Source of the DNA: Callorhinchus milii
Lineage: Eukaryota
DNA length: 64,000 nt
Direction: 5' to 3'
NCBI RefSeq assembly: GCF_018977255.1
Contig: NW_024704742.1
Coordinates: 119,910,001-119,974,000 of the forward strand
The notes under the pieces were generated by a model. That model saw only the letters and a program-made list of their open reading frames with translations, ran no database searches and was not told the origin of the DNA. Below, piece after piece: positions 38,790 through 51,500 of this stretch (within the stretch, counting starts at the first letter, position 1; every line of letters starts with the position of its first letter). Made by a program: the position numbers and the translations under genes.

Positions 38790-41110
38790 ACATGTTGTCC
38801 CCATATTCAAGAAGGGCAACAGAATTAAACCAGGCAACTACAGTACAGGGCCATTAGCCTGACCTTAATAATAAGAAAAAATATGGAATCAATCATCAGA
38901 AAGGAAGTGGAAGTTTACCTATATAAAAATAATTCATAATTGAGAACCAACACTGGTTCAGAAAGGGTAGGTCTTGTCTGACTAATCTCATTGACTTTTT
39001 TGAGGAAGTGACAACACAAATTGACCATGGAAAGCCACTTGATGTAGTAAATCTAGACTTCTAAAACACGTTTGATAAAACACTTCAAGACACAGACATA
39101 GATTCAAAATTGGCTGAAAAGGAGAAGCAGAGGGTCTTTGTGGGTCAAAAGGTGGGTCAAAATGGAGAGAGGTACTACAACAAAAAGATTACATTTATAT
39201 AGCGCCTTTCACATCGGGAGGACGTCCCAAGGCACTGGACAGTGTACAGCATTTCAGACCCGAGCTGGGGTCAGGAAGGGAGAAGGGAGGGGAAGGGGGT
39301 GACCGATGGCATGGTCGAAGAGGAGGGTTTTGAGGCGGGACTTGAAGGAGACTAAGGAGGGGGAGAGGCGGAGTGATTGGGGGGTGGAATTCCAGAGGTT
39401 GGGGACAGAGTGGCTGAAGGCTCTCCCCACAATGGTGGGGCGAGTGGGTCGGGGAACGTGGAGTAGGCCAGAGCCAGCTGAGTGGAGGGAGCGTGCGGGT
39501 TGGGAGGTCGTACAGGTAGGGTGGGGCGAGGCCATGGAGGGCTTTGTACGTGAGGACCAGGATCTTGAATTGGATCCTCTGAAGGATAGGGAGCCAATGG
39601 AATTGGGCGAGAATTAGGGAGATGGGGTCACGGAGTTTGGTGCGGGAGAGGACACGGGCTGCAGAGTTCTGGATTATCTGCAGCCTGTGGAGGGAGGAGT
39701 TGGGAAGCCGACCAGCTGGGCGTTTGCATAGTTGAGCCTGAAGGCATGAACAAGAGTTTCAGCGGCCTGAGGGGTGAGGTAATGGCGGAGTTGGGCGATG
39801 TTACGGTGGTGAGGGAAGGCAGAGCGGGCCATGGCTTGGATGTGGGGAAGAAAAGACAGTTGAGGGTCGAACAAGACACCCAAGACACCTGGGTTCCTGA
39901 CTGGCTTGGTGAATTATCGTGTGCAACCGTGGAGCTTGATACTGCCAGAGCCCGAGGAGCAGAGGCGCTGTTGCGAGCCAATCAGGAGGGCCTCAGTCTT
40001 GTTCACATTCAACTGTAGGAAATTTGCACTCATCCAGGACTTGATGTCCGACAGGCAGTCTGTCAGGACAGTAGTGGTCCTGGAATAGTGGTCCTGGAGT
40101 TGAGAGTGGATGCAGGAAGATAAGAGTTGGGTGTCATCCGCATACATATGGAAGTTGACCCCATGTCTGTGGACGGTACTTCAGAGGTTTGTCCTGGGGC
40201 CCCATTTGCTCCTCGTATATATTAATGACCTGGATTAGCAGACCCAGTATAAGATTGTGGACACCAAGTTGGGGGAATTGTGGAATCAGAGGAGGCAGCA
40301 AAGGTCCTACAAAGAGAGCTTGATATAATATGCACATGGGCTGATAACTGGCAAATGAAGTTTAATACTGCTCAATGCAAGCTACCACATATAGAGTTCA
40401 AGAATAGGAAACACAATTACTCCATGGATGGGTAAAACTTGCTAAGTTGAAAGATATCTTGGATTGTTAGTTACTTTTCTCTCTTTCTATGTCAAAACAA
40501 AGTGAGGGAGCAATAAACAAGACAAACAGGGTGCTATGCTCTATTGCTGAATCAGTTGAGTTTAGACCCCGAGACATCATTCTCAGTGTATGGTGCTCTG
40601 GTCAGAATGCATTTTTAACCCTGTATACAGTTCTGATCACTGTGACACAAAGGGCTCTCCAGGCCCCAGAGGCAGTGCAGAGGAGAGCAATGAAGTTGAT
40701 CCCCAGCGTTAGAGGAATGAGCTATAAGCAATGACTAGACAAGCTAGTGTGCTTCAGTTTTGAGAGAAGATGACTATGCAGGGATCTCAGAGAAAAAATA
40801 TAAAATTTTAACTTGGATAGAAAAGGTAAACCCAGATCAATATGTATCATGACAGCAGAACATGGGGATATAGGTTTAGAGGTGCAAAGAGCAATTTCAG
40901 GCCAGATACCAGGAAGGTTTTCTGTACACAGCGGTGAGCAACAACTGGAACAGATTTCCAGGAAAGATGGTAAGAGGGCAGGACACGAGATTCATTTAAA
41001 AAGCAGCTTGATGCAGCAGGGAATAAGGGGAAGGAGAGGTTGGGTGCACGTTCTGGAGGGATGAGATCAGACGGGCTGAAGGGCCTTCTTTATCTTAACC
41101 AATCTTATGA
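38790..41110 (+). mobile_element. Degraded CR1 split by a younger L2
   Basis: CR1 blocks on the left (cccatattcaagaaggg, ggtcttgtctgactaatctcattgacttttttgaggaagtgac); reading resumes at ~40175 with gtcctggggcccc..atattaatgacctgga and ends in a CR1 tail. Confidence 0.8.
39177..40174 (-). mobile_element. L2 3' part inserted into CR1
   Basis: [41 protein letters not shown] and an L2 tail at 39177..39240. Confidence 0.9.
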
Positions 41111-44100
41111 TCTTGTCATTCCAGTAATTCCTCTTAGTGCATCCCTTTAACAATGGGGATCAATCGCACTGTGCAGCAAAGGAGGAAACTATTACTGAAT
41201 CTCAGTTTAGGTATCAGCCAGAGGCTGAATAGACTATAAATGGAAAGACAACATTTTTGGAGCAGATTTGCATAGACAAACTATTCCCAGGTCATGTTAC
41301 ATCTACAAGTGGAACAGCAAGTGCAGGGTCAAATGTTAGTGTTGCAACTGCAGTCCTCAGGTTAGCAGTGATCCCAGATATAAAACTGAGTGGGGGAAAA
41401 AGGAGTCCAAACCACAATAACTGAAGCATTTTCTCACTTCCTGTATCCCAGTTATCAAGACTACTATTATAGTGCAATGTAAATACAATTCCTATTATCC
41501 TTACAGTGTAAATCTTCTCATTGTACAGAGTGGTCTTTGTTGGGTGAATTAGCACAGAAGAAAATCATGCATGCACACATTGGAAAACAAACATTTGGGA
41601 ATACATAACCTATCTATTTTAAAGCTTTAAGGGAAGAATTCATTCCATTGAATCCCATAATTCAGAACATAGCAAAGTGACACTTAAAATCTCAGTCCTC
41701 TTTATGGGTTTCTTTTATATTTGAAATTGCTGATTAAAAGGCAGCCTTGGAGTAGACATCTGTAATGCATGAAGCATAGCATATCACCAAGCCTTTATTC
41801 CAACATTCCCAGCATTCTCCAGTGATGTCATTGCAGAAAGATATATGAGGGTAGGGTTGTGTAGGAGGGATGTGGTTCCTGGCTCTGTAACTAGCAGTTC
41901 TGAAGTATACGAAAGTACCAAGTAACAGCATCCTGGTCTCTATCATTCTTCTTGATAAACAGTTCCAGCTGCATAACCAGCTCCATATGAAGAAAGACTC
42001 TCTGGCATGTGTCCAAAAATTGTTCTTCTCAACCCTGAAACTATGATTCATGGATTCTGGCAGTATATTGTGATGAAAGGCAATCCCAGGGCATAGAAGG
42101 TTGGTCACTTTTCAAGACTGGTGAACTGCCCAATGCCCCATTAGATCAGCCCACTGAACCAGAAAGGCAGGATATATGCTTTTGCCAAATGATGACTTTT
42201 CTAAGAATGTGTCAAAAATATACTCCTACGAAACCAAGCCTGTCTACTCATGCCTCTGAGGGTAAAGGCGTCCTGTAGTGCATGGAGCCATACAGATCTG
42301 TAAACTAATCCTGTTTGGCACCAGTAAGGGACACTGTGATTGGTGTCAGTATTCTTATACTGCAGACACAAGAGACTGGAAACAGAGTATGACAAGCAGA
42401 GCAAAGAGGTTGGCAAAACATACACTTGATGAAAACATAGATAGCGTCATGTAAATTGCCATTAGAAGAGTACATGTTTTGTGGAACTTGCTCAAACACG
42501 CTCACCTACACATTTTACGCTAGATTGCTAAACAATATTCAAAGCTAAATCACCAGGATCTTCCTGGAAGGTTTAAAATTTATACATTTAGGAAAAGCAT
42601 TGCGTTTGCCATCTTCCAATCCCAAAGGTAAAGAGACAGTAAAAAGAACTAACCCAAACATACAGATTCTTTTTTAAAAAGGGGGAAAATCAAGAAGGGA
42701 TAAAATTAATGCAGGTTAATTTTCCTTAAGAATTCAGTGTAATATAAAATGATTATATATATTTTGTTTTTGTAATATTTCATATGAATTCCAAATCTCT
42801 TTAAGGATCTAAGCAGCTAAACATTTTAATTACAGCTCTACCACACTGGAGCCAGAAACAGAACTGAAAGGGGATCAGATTAAAAAACAGCTTTAATTCT
42901 CACAGGCTTTCTTACAGAAGAGAAAGTGATGATGAGCAAGAGTTGAACACAAAACCGCAATTAGGGATACATGGACTGGGGTGAACCCATGAAGATATGC
43001 AGATACTCTGCCATCTCCCAACACAGCGTGTGTTGAGACGGATTTTATCAATCAGTATGTTTTTAAAAAATCTTCTTTGTATTAAAGCACGTCCCCAGAG
43101 TAAGCGCACAGAAAAATTTGCACGGTTATGTGGTAAGTGAGGGGTAGTGGGACTAGTTGTCAGCTCTTTCAAAGAGCCGGCAAAGGCACGATGGGCCAAC
43201 TGGCCTCTTTCTGCAAGATTTTTTGAAAATACAACTGTGTTGGGTGGGGTGGGGGATTTCAAAAGCATGTTTAAGCAAGCAATCAAAGTAATTTCCACAT
43301 CTTATAATGAAGTCACAACAATGAACATTTCAGTTTAGACACCGCAGCATGAAAAGTTTATCGTGGTGAGCTATTATTCTCATTAGTAATGACCAAATGT
43401 AGCTGAGCTCATCTTATGCTTGATACACATACACAAAAATACATCTTTAATAGAACATGCAAATTCACCATTTCCTAAAGAATCTTGCGCAGCATTGTAT
43501 TTTCCAAGTCATGGCATGACAAAACAAATCACTGCAATTTTGATTTGTACAAAGATGCAACATTAAATTTCAGTAGGGTAATATTTCAGTCTCTTCCCCA
43601 CCACTCATTAAATTTTACAAACTAACCTTGGACTTTCCTTCACTTCCAGTTTCACTTTCTTTATTGTATTATTTTTCTTTGCACCTTTTCCCTCTCAAGA
43701 ATTAAATCAAACTCGTGTTAGTTCCAGTCGTACCCATATTCTCCAATAGTTCCATCAAATCTTAATTCTTCACATGGGCTCCGCCAGTGAGTGGCAGACA
43801 GCATGCTACTCAACCACTGGGAAGCGATGTGAAGACAAGGGGAAAAGAAATGCATCCTAATCTAGTGCTTAGACGTGCACATTTCAGCATGGATCACTGA
43901 TTGTGATCAGGAGGCACAAACCCAGGCTAATTCCCCTCTCCCTCACCCAAAGACACACCAGTGCTAAATGTAGTGTCCCACTCTTTCTTCCAAGCTCAGC
44001 AAAGTGATCAATCTTGGGATCTCTCTGTTCAGCTTCGTAACAAACCATATGGCATATTTTCATTAAGAAACCCAATTTCAAAGAGAGAAACTAAAATCCT

Positions 44101-44349
44101 CCACATGTACAGACTTGTTTTAGGATAAGATTCAAAAACATTCCAAAGAATTCCAAATTTCACTAAATTCAAAAAAAAGCTAATGAAGGGAACAATTATA
44201 ACAAATAATTGAAGAATAACAGAAGTCGTTGGGAACACTCAACAAGTCGACCAGCATGTACATAATGTACTGGAAAGGGTAGTTAGTGTATATTTACATG
44301 AATATGACAGGCAACTTCTGCACAGCCATGAAGTGACTGATCGATATTA

Positions 44350-44595
44350 TCTGATGAAATGTTGGCTAGGACACCGGGAGAAACTCCCTTCTCTTTTTAA
44401 CTAGTGCCATGGGATCTCTACTGAACAGACAGACGGGACCTTGGCTTAATGTCGAATCAAAAGGACAGAACCTCCCGACATTGCACTGTTCTCCTAGCAT
44501 TGTATTGGTGGGTCAGTTCAAAGTCTTAATGTGGGGCTTGAACCCATAACTTTGCCTCAGAAACAAGAGTGCTACCAACTGAGCTAAGCTGACAC
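44350..44595 (-). mobile_element. Old Deu-domain SINE with tRNA-like head
   Basis: Reverse complement shows TAGCTCAGTTGGTAGCAC (A box) ... GGGTTCAAGCCCC (B box), followed by the Deu core. Confidence 0.7.
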
Positions 44596-45241
44596 CAATT
44601 ATAGGGTTGCCTAGGGAAAACAAAATTTGGATAGAAGGACATTTCCTTCAGGGTAACAGATGCTGCCATAAAAAGTTTCCTGATGTTGGATATAAAATTT
44701 GTGCTCAAACATTGTACAGGATTTTGGTACAGTGTCAAGAAGATGGGAGAAAGGGAAAATGAACTGTGCCTGCAGGCACCATTTCTCTGCCGGTATCAGG
44801 ATAGTTATTTACGCTTCATCCCCATCAGATTTGTGTTTTCAGAAAGAGTGTGTTCAGCAGTGCATTACTTTGAATTCAGTGAACAGTGATTAATTACCCC
44901 TTTACTGGCCAATGCATTTGCTCTAAATTAGCTGTCCGCCTGCAATTCATTGTCTTGTGACCTGCTTTTAGTAAACCCGAATATCAGGGAATGAATTGTA
45001 CCTTTTATATTAGTTTTCCTGCAGCTTAAAGGAATTAACACTACAAGTTTATTTTGTATGTTTAACAGTGCAATGAATTAGAACTTAACGAGACTGCACA
45101 AACTCACTGACGCAAGCACTTCCGTTTCCTTTGGCCTCTGATATCAGACACCAAAAGCAACTTAAAACGAATAGCTGCATTCATATTCATTCAATGAATA
45201 CTGTAACATTCAGAACTCTGCCGCCAACATACTTATCCGGC

Positions 45242-45558
45242 GTGGAGTCCTGTAGCTCAGTGGTTAGAGCACTCGCTTTGCAAGCGAGAGACCTGAGTTC
45301 AATTCCAGGCAGGGCCAAACCTTGGGCAAGTTTCCTTACTCCACACGCCTAATAATAATCCCTCCAAAACCAAAAACAATAATAAATTGGTCATTTTCAA
45401 TCTACGACTGTTTGTGGGACATTGCTGTGCGCAATTGGCTGCCGCGTTCGCCCACAAATATACAGTCAATTCACTTTACAGTGTGTTCTGTGAAACGCTT
45501 TGGGACGTCCTCCCGACGTGAAAAGCGCTATATCAAATGCAAGGATTATTATTATTAT
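45242..45558 (+). mobile_element. Full-length young SINE: tRNA-Ala(TGC)-like head, partial Deu domain, L2 tail and (TTA)n
   Basis: A box TAGCTCAGTGG, anticodon arm CTCGC-TTTGCAA-GCGAG, B box GTTCAATTCC. The tail GCTTTGGGACGTCCTCCCGACGTGAAAAGCGCTATAT is shared with L2 copies in this window. Confidence 0.92.
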
Positions 45559-48500
45559 CCAGACCAAACTCCATACCCACATTGGTATGGAATATTATTT
45601 CTGACATGCTTGTCCAGCCGCCTTAGGATTTTACAAGGTTAACAGGAGCCGAGCGAGAAGAATCCCTGCACGTCCAGCGCTTTGGGACATCCTTCCGACG
45701 TGAAAGGCGCTATACAAATGAAATTTTATTGTTGTTGTAGTCAGGTTCTGCCACTGTTAAGTGCTCTGAGACTCTACCCTGTGTAGAGGATGCTGTAAGT
45801 GCAAGTTGTTGTTGTGACTGAAGCCACTCTATTAATGTGATGAGTGACCAAACATGAGAATATTTTAGACTGAATTATCCACAGGTCAAGTCTCAACTAA
45901 AACAGACTGTTCAAACTTATACTCAAGAGAAAAGATCCATTGAATGAGAAACTCAAATGAGATCACATCATGCAAATAAACAGTGAAAAAATATTCAATG
46001 GTGTCTCGTAATTACCAAGGCTTTAAATAATTTGTTTTTTTAATTAAGTGTTTTTTAATACTTTAAAAAAATATTATTGTTCAATACTGAAGAACTTCTT
46101 ATGTTTAATTAATAAATTAGTTAATAAATAAATTTGACCTGTCACGTACACTGACATCAGACAATCAACTTTAATTTGATGGTTACAATGAAGATAAGCA
46201 GATATATTTTGCTGCAGATAAATTATGACCAACAGTTCAAAAAGACTATGTTGTGTTATTAAAAATTATGTTATTAATTATTAACATAATACTGTTAATT
46301 ATTAACAACATTTTATTCCAGATCAGCTCATATAGAAACAATAACTCGTCAGCAATCTATAAACACCCGAGGTATCTGCTGGTTAGACTGAGACCAACAG
46401 ACTATTTATTATTGAAGCTACAACATTGATGTTGATGACAGTGTGATTGATACATCAGCTTTGTTCAGTTAAATATTGAGCACACTTGAAAACCCACCAT
46501 TACTGCAGTATGATCCACTACCAAAGATTTTTTAAAAATGGGATTGAGTAAGATACAAACTACACAAAATAATGTTTACTTATCCAAACATGATGAGGCT
46601 CAGTGAGCTACTAATGAATTTATTCACCTTCCCATGTACCCCACTGATCTGATGTTTTTACACAGAGCATTCTGGCGGTCAGATTAGGAGCAGGTTTTCA
46701 GACAATGAAAGATCATGATTATATACTTCCACATTAGTGAGCTTCAGCACCACTTAAACTAGCCAGCCCGAGGAAATCAATCGTTACTTGGACCTCCCAG
46801 CAGTTTTATGGCTGAAGGTAAATAATAATTATTAATAATTATCACTTCAGGAGGACATCTCAAAGCCCTTCATAAAATACACTGTAAAGTGGAATGGCAG
46901 TGCGTGTTTGTGGGTGAACCCTCATATTCTAACCCTCACATTCAAATGCTATAGAAGTGCAACTATACACTGTAACTTAAATACTTAACGTGTTCAGTAT
47001 CTTCTGAAAATTGAAGCACTAGACTTCAGACATTATATAAAACAGGGCAACTTTTCTGGTGAATTTTACCACTTTGCAGCTGGGTGATTTAGCTACCAGT
47101 TTAACAAAAAGAACTGCGAAACCAGTCATGTCTCATACACCTAGACATACTCTATGCTTACCATAACATGGGATTCTTGCACAGGTAGTTTGTTGGGGTT
47201 ACTTACATAACTGAATATGGTCATTTGGTTTTGTATCAATTTTCAGTCAAGCATGCACTTTCCAAATGCAATTCATGCAATTAGAATTATTTGTCTCAAT
47301 ATTTACTGATGTCCAGATACTTATAAAACTTTTTGATTTCAATAAAGCAGAGAAATAGGATACATCAGAATGCATGTTTATAGAATGATTCAGTGAAAAA
47401 TTAAGTTACTGCCAGAAGCTTGCAAAAGAGCAATTCAAATCATGAATTTGAAATGAGTTCGGGTAATGAAGCATGTGCCTCATTGGTAAAGTATTAACTA
47501 GGGTTGGTAGGGTAATCCTCCCTCTTTGAATGGAGTGAAGGCCCTCAGGGAAATTCACTGTAACAGATACTCCCCTGGAGTCTTCCAGTGTGAAGCCATG
47601 TATTTCCCCCCCTAATTCCCACACTGCATAAAGCAATGTGATTTCATGACGTTTCAATTTAACACAGACCAAGACTGAAAAAAAGTCTGTAGATGACTGA
47701 GGTTATAGTTTAACTTCAGTCAGTTGAGCTTCAAATGAAAGCTGAAATCACCTTACAGGGAAAGTTAACACCAGAAACGCTTTTGCTTTATTCGCTATGT
47801 TAGTTCTGTACCAAAAACTGTCTTATCCTCACCTACAATCCAGCTTTTTCAGAAGAAACAAGAGCATAACATGCTTTACAAAAAACTGTTCCAAGAGGCA
47901 CACAACATGACAGGCAATCTAAAATTCTTGATTTATTCAACTCCACACACACACACAATATATGAACATGCCTGGGGATAGAATCTAGAGACGGGTTCAG
48001 AGAAGGGCAACATGCAGGTCAGTTGAGAGGATTGTAACAAAGCATTAATCATCCTGAATTAGATAACCTCTCCAACTATATTAGTTCACAATGTTTTCAT
48101 AATATGAACAGCTCCAACTTCCCCTGACAAGTCTTGGCCAGAAGGGAAGTTAGTATAAATATGCTACATCCAGTTTAAGAAGCAAATGAACTGGAATCTG
48201 GATTAAGCCCATTGAGTGATGATATACTAGTATTTTAGAACCAGAATCTCAAAGATGGAACTCAATTTTGGGGAAAAATATACAAATGGAAGTTAATAAA
48301 AAAAGTTCACAGACTATCACATTTTGATAGCGTTCTACTTCCAACAAAATAGATCCCTGATGGCGAAAAGTGTAAGGTTCCATCATGCAAAAATTACAAA
48401 TAAAACCAGACTGACAGGATATCAATCTATAGCTGTAAGACTTCAGACAATAAATCTCCCTTTTTGGCATTACATGGGTTTAGAGCAGAACATTTTCTGG

Positions 48501-51500
48501 ATGCAGAGTGTATTGGCACTGGAGGGTAATGAGAATGAATACTGTATTCCCTATGAAACTTGGGTGAATCAGTATTTAAAGGCACTGAGGCAATAAAGGA
48601 TACTCTTAAAGATGAGATCAAAAGGGAATCAGTGGATTTATATTTCTGGTTGCTTTATCAGCAGTAAAGTTGGATGGAAGGAATCAATTTATATGCATAT
48701 TTGGGCTGTAATCAAAGTCAGGGAAGACCATATTTATTAACTTGCTTTCGATATAGCTCCTATCACGTCAGGAGGAAGCCTCAAAGTGCTCCACAGGATT
48801 TATTGCGAAATGTTGTCACCATGTATTTTGTAGGAGAACCTAACAGTCAATTTGCCCCACGAACACCCCTGAAGCAAATGACCAATTTTATCTGGGTGAG
48901 AGTCCAGATTCCAATTTTCCATATTATCTGGTTTGAACCTATTTTAACATTGAGCGATATTTTATAGACTAAAAAATGATGTGTGTTCAAATAATGGGCA
49001 GTGAATCATGAACTGCAGTGGACTAAAAAGCTGAGCTCCCAAACAAATTTTGGCTATTTTTTCTCAGCAAACTGCAGGCCTTAAACAGCCCAGGTCAAAA
49101 GAGGTTGGTGCTGGTGATTAATTCCCTTTTCGGTGCCTTTCAAATTCAAATTTTTTGGTAAAAATGACAGACATCTATTTAATTGGTCTGCAAATTTCAT
49201 CCAAATTTCATCCAAAAAAATGAACAAAATGTTCTTTCGATTTTACAATTAGTAGATTCATACTGTGGAATGTCAAAAATTCCCTTCTAGTGGTCAGACT
49301 AGAAACGAGGAAGAAGCCACGAATAGTTAATGATGGGGTCATAAAGTAAGGGGATCTAAAAGGGTTAGGTTTGTTCTTAATCCCGCCATTCTTGAATTCT
49401 CATCTGCCTGCACACAGGCATGCAAGAAATATGTTTTGCTGTAAAGGGTGGGCGGTTTCCAGCATCAGGGATATTTTGCAACTGTTAAACGTTCCAGTAT
49501 TTGTTTAACTGTTCCCTGAAAGGATTTACATGTATAAGAAATTAAATCATTGCAGAGAGTTGTCAAAATCTTTTTTTAAAACTGAAAAAGAGATAGTGGA
49601 AATACCACTGAGCCATGTAGTGTTTGTGGACAGGACAGTGCACATGTATGCACTTTAAAAATAGGGATAATTACTAGAATTTGATGAGGCATTTTCCCAC
49701 TGATTTCCTCGTTCCCCCCCATCCACCACAGGCATAATCCTAAAGCTTTCAGAGAATAAACAGTACATTGTCTGGGAAACCTAAAGTTGGAATGAAACAA
49801 ATAAATAGGAAAACTATGGCCCATGTTATTAAATCTGTTGCATGTGACACCGAGTTAGGGCACTGGAAATGGGAACAATTACAAAAAGATTCAAGTTATA
49901 GATTATGCTCTGGTAGTCAGTTCAAATTACTATTCTCCGTGGAAATGTTTCAGTCTCTTCCGAAAAGCAACTGCAGACAATTCGCTAGGTGGTACAGTGA
50001 GCATCTACACAGGTAAATTAAATTTACAGCATTTCTGAAACAGCAGTTAACCTCAAAACAGATACACATGCAGAATTTAAAAAACAAGTAATTTCTTAAT
50101 TTTTTAAATAAAATTTCATGTTGAATACATTTTCTTAAAATAAAAAAATGTTTTGCCCGAAAGCAATTTTATTTGAGGAAGGTTAGGAGCTACAAAAAGA
50201 GTACACACAAGCCCTGTTGGATTTGTGTGAAATGTATTTTTTGGGGGGAAATTGAGGAGATACATAGGGAGGTGATTCATAAAGCAAGACTCTACAATAG
50301 TTATTTTAAGAACTGGGATTGCACAAGGAAGCCTTAAGCCAGAAACCAAAATGTCAAAAATGCTTCCCAGGTCATAGGCCTGGCATGAGGCCATGACTGA
50401 TGCACAGCAATTAGCAGAACTAGGCAGGGGGTTATCCTATTGAGATACCAAATCATGTCTTGAGCACACAAGTGTTGAAAACAATGGCTGTTTTAAAGAC
50501 CCACTTCAAAATAGAATAAATGAGATTGCGGAAGCCTTGCTCCAGTATTTCTATCAGCTTCTTTCAACATCTTACTGCACAGCAACTTTCTCCAAAACAT
50601 GGGTACACAACTCCCAGGACATTTTGTGTCAGTGTAATTCACACAATCAGATGAGCACCATCTGTTAGAAGCTTCAACCTTCAACAGCATTACCCAATAC
50701 TAATATCCGGGTCAGCATTCACCCACGTTGTTGAGGTCTTAGTACATGAGCCAATTAGCGATCTAAGCTTTGGCTCCGTTCCACCCATCAGATCAAAACC
50801 CATCAGATAAACACTGAAATTTAATTTGTTTGTTACTTGTAGGGATTTGACAATTTTATTTTGCTGCATCACCGTAAGCTGATAATATACAGCTCATGCG
50901 TAGTTTGTTTTGTTTAAATGTAAACTTATTATGTACATTCAGTACAAAAACTTATATGAAAATTTAGAAACACTGCATTTCACAAACATGAAAAATTATG
51001 CACTGTACTACTCAATCAGAAATCAACTGCTGACCAATTAAACTGGCAGCAATGGTATTCAATCTGGATGGCATCAAACAGAGCACTACAACAGCCAAAA
51101 TGAAGGAAACTAAAACAAAACTAACCACCTAAATACCTTACATACATGCCCTGGAACAATTTCACTTCAGGAATCACATCATCAGCAACATCAACATGAC
51201 ATTCATTGTCAGTGTCTCAGAACTTAACAATGGCAGACCTGACACCAAGCACAGTTGAAGAGAAAGGTCTTCAGTCGTGATCTAAAAGAGGGGATGGAGG
51301 AGGCAAGGTGGAGGGATTGAGGGAGAGAATTACAGAGTTTCAAGGCGTAGTGGCTGAAAACGTGGGTTCAATGGGTTCAGATGTGTAGGTATAAATTGCT
51401 TGCATTTCGTTACAGTGGTTTATGACATCCAAAAGCCTTAACATTTCAGATAACTGCCTTTCTTCATTCCTATGTATCCATTTCTCTTCATTTAGACCTT

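Noticed and set aside
45247..45316. tRNA-Ala(TGC) gene
   Set aside because: The T-arm is imperfect and it runs into a SINE body and tail that recur at 23423 and 29267; it is a SINE head.
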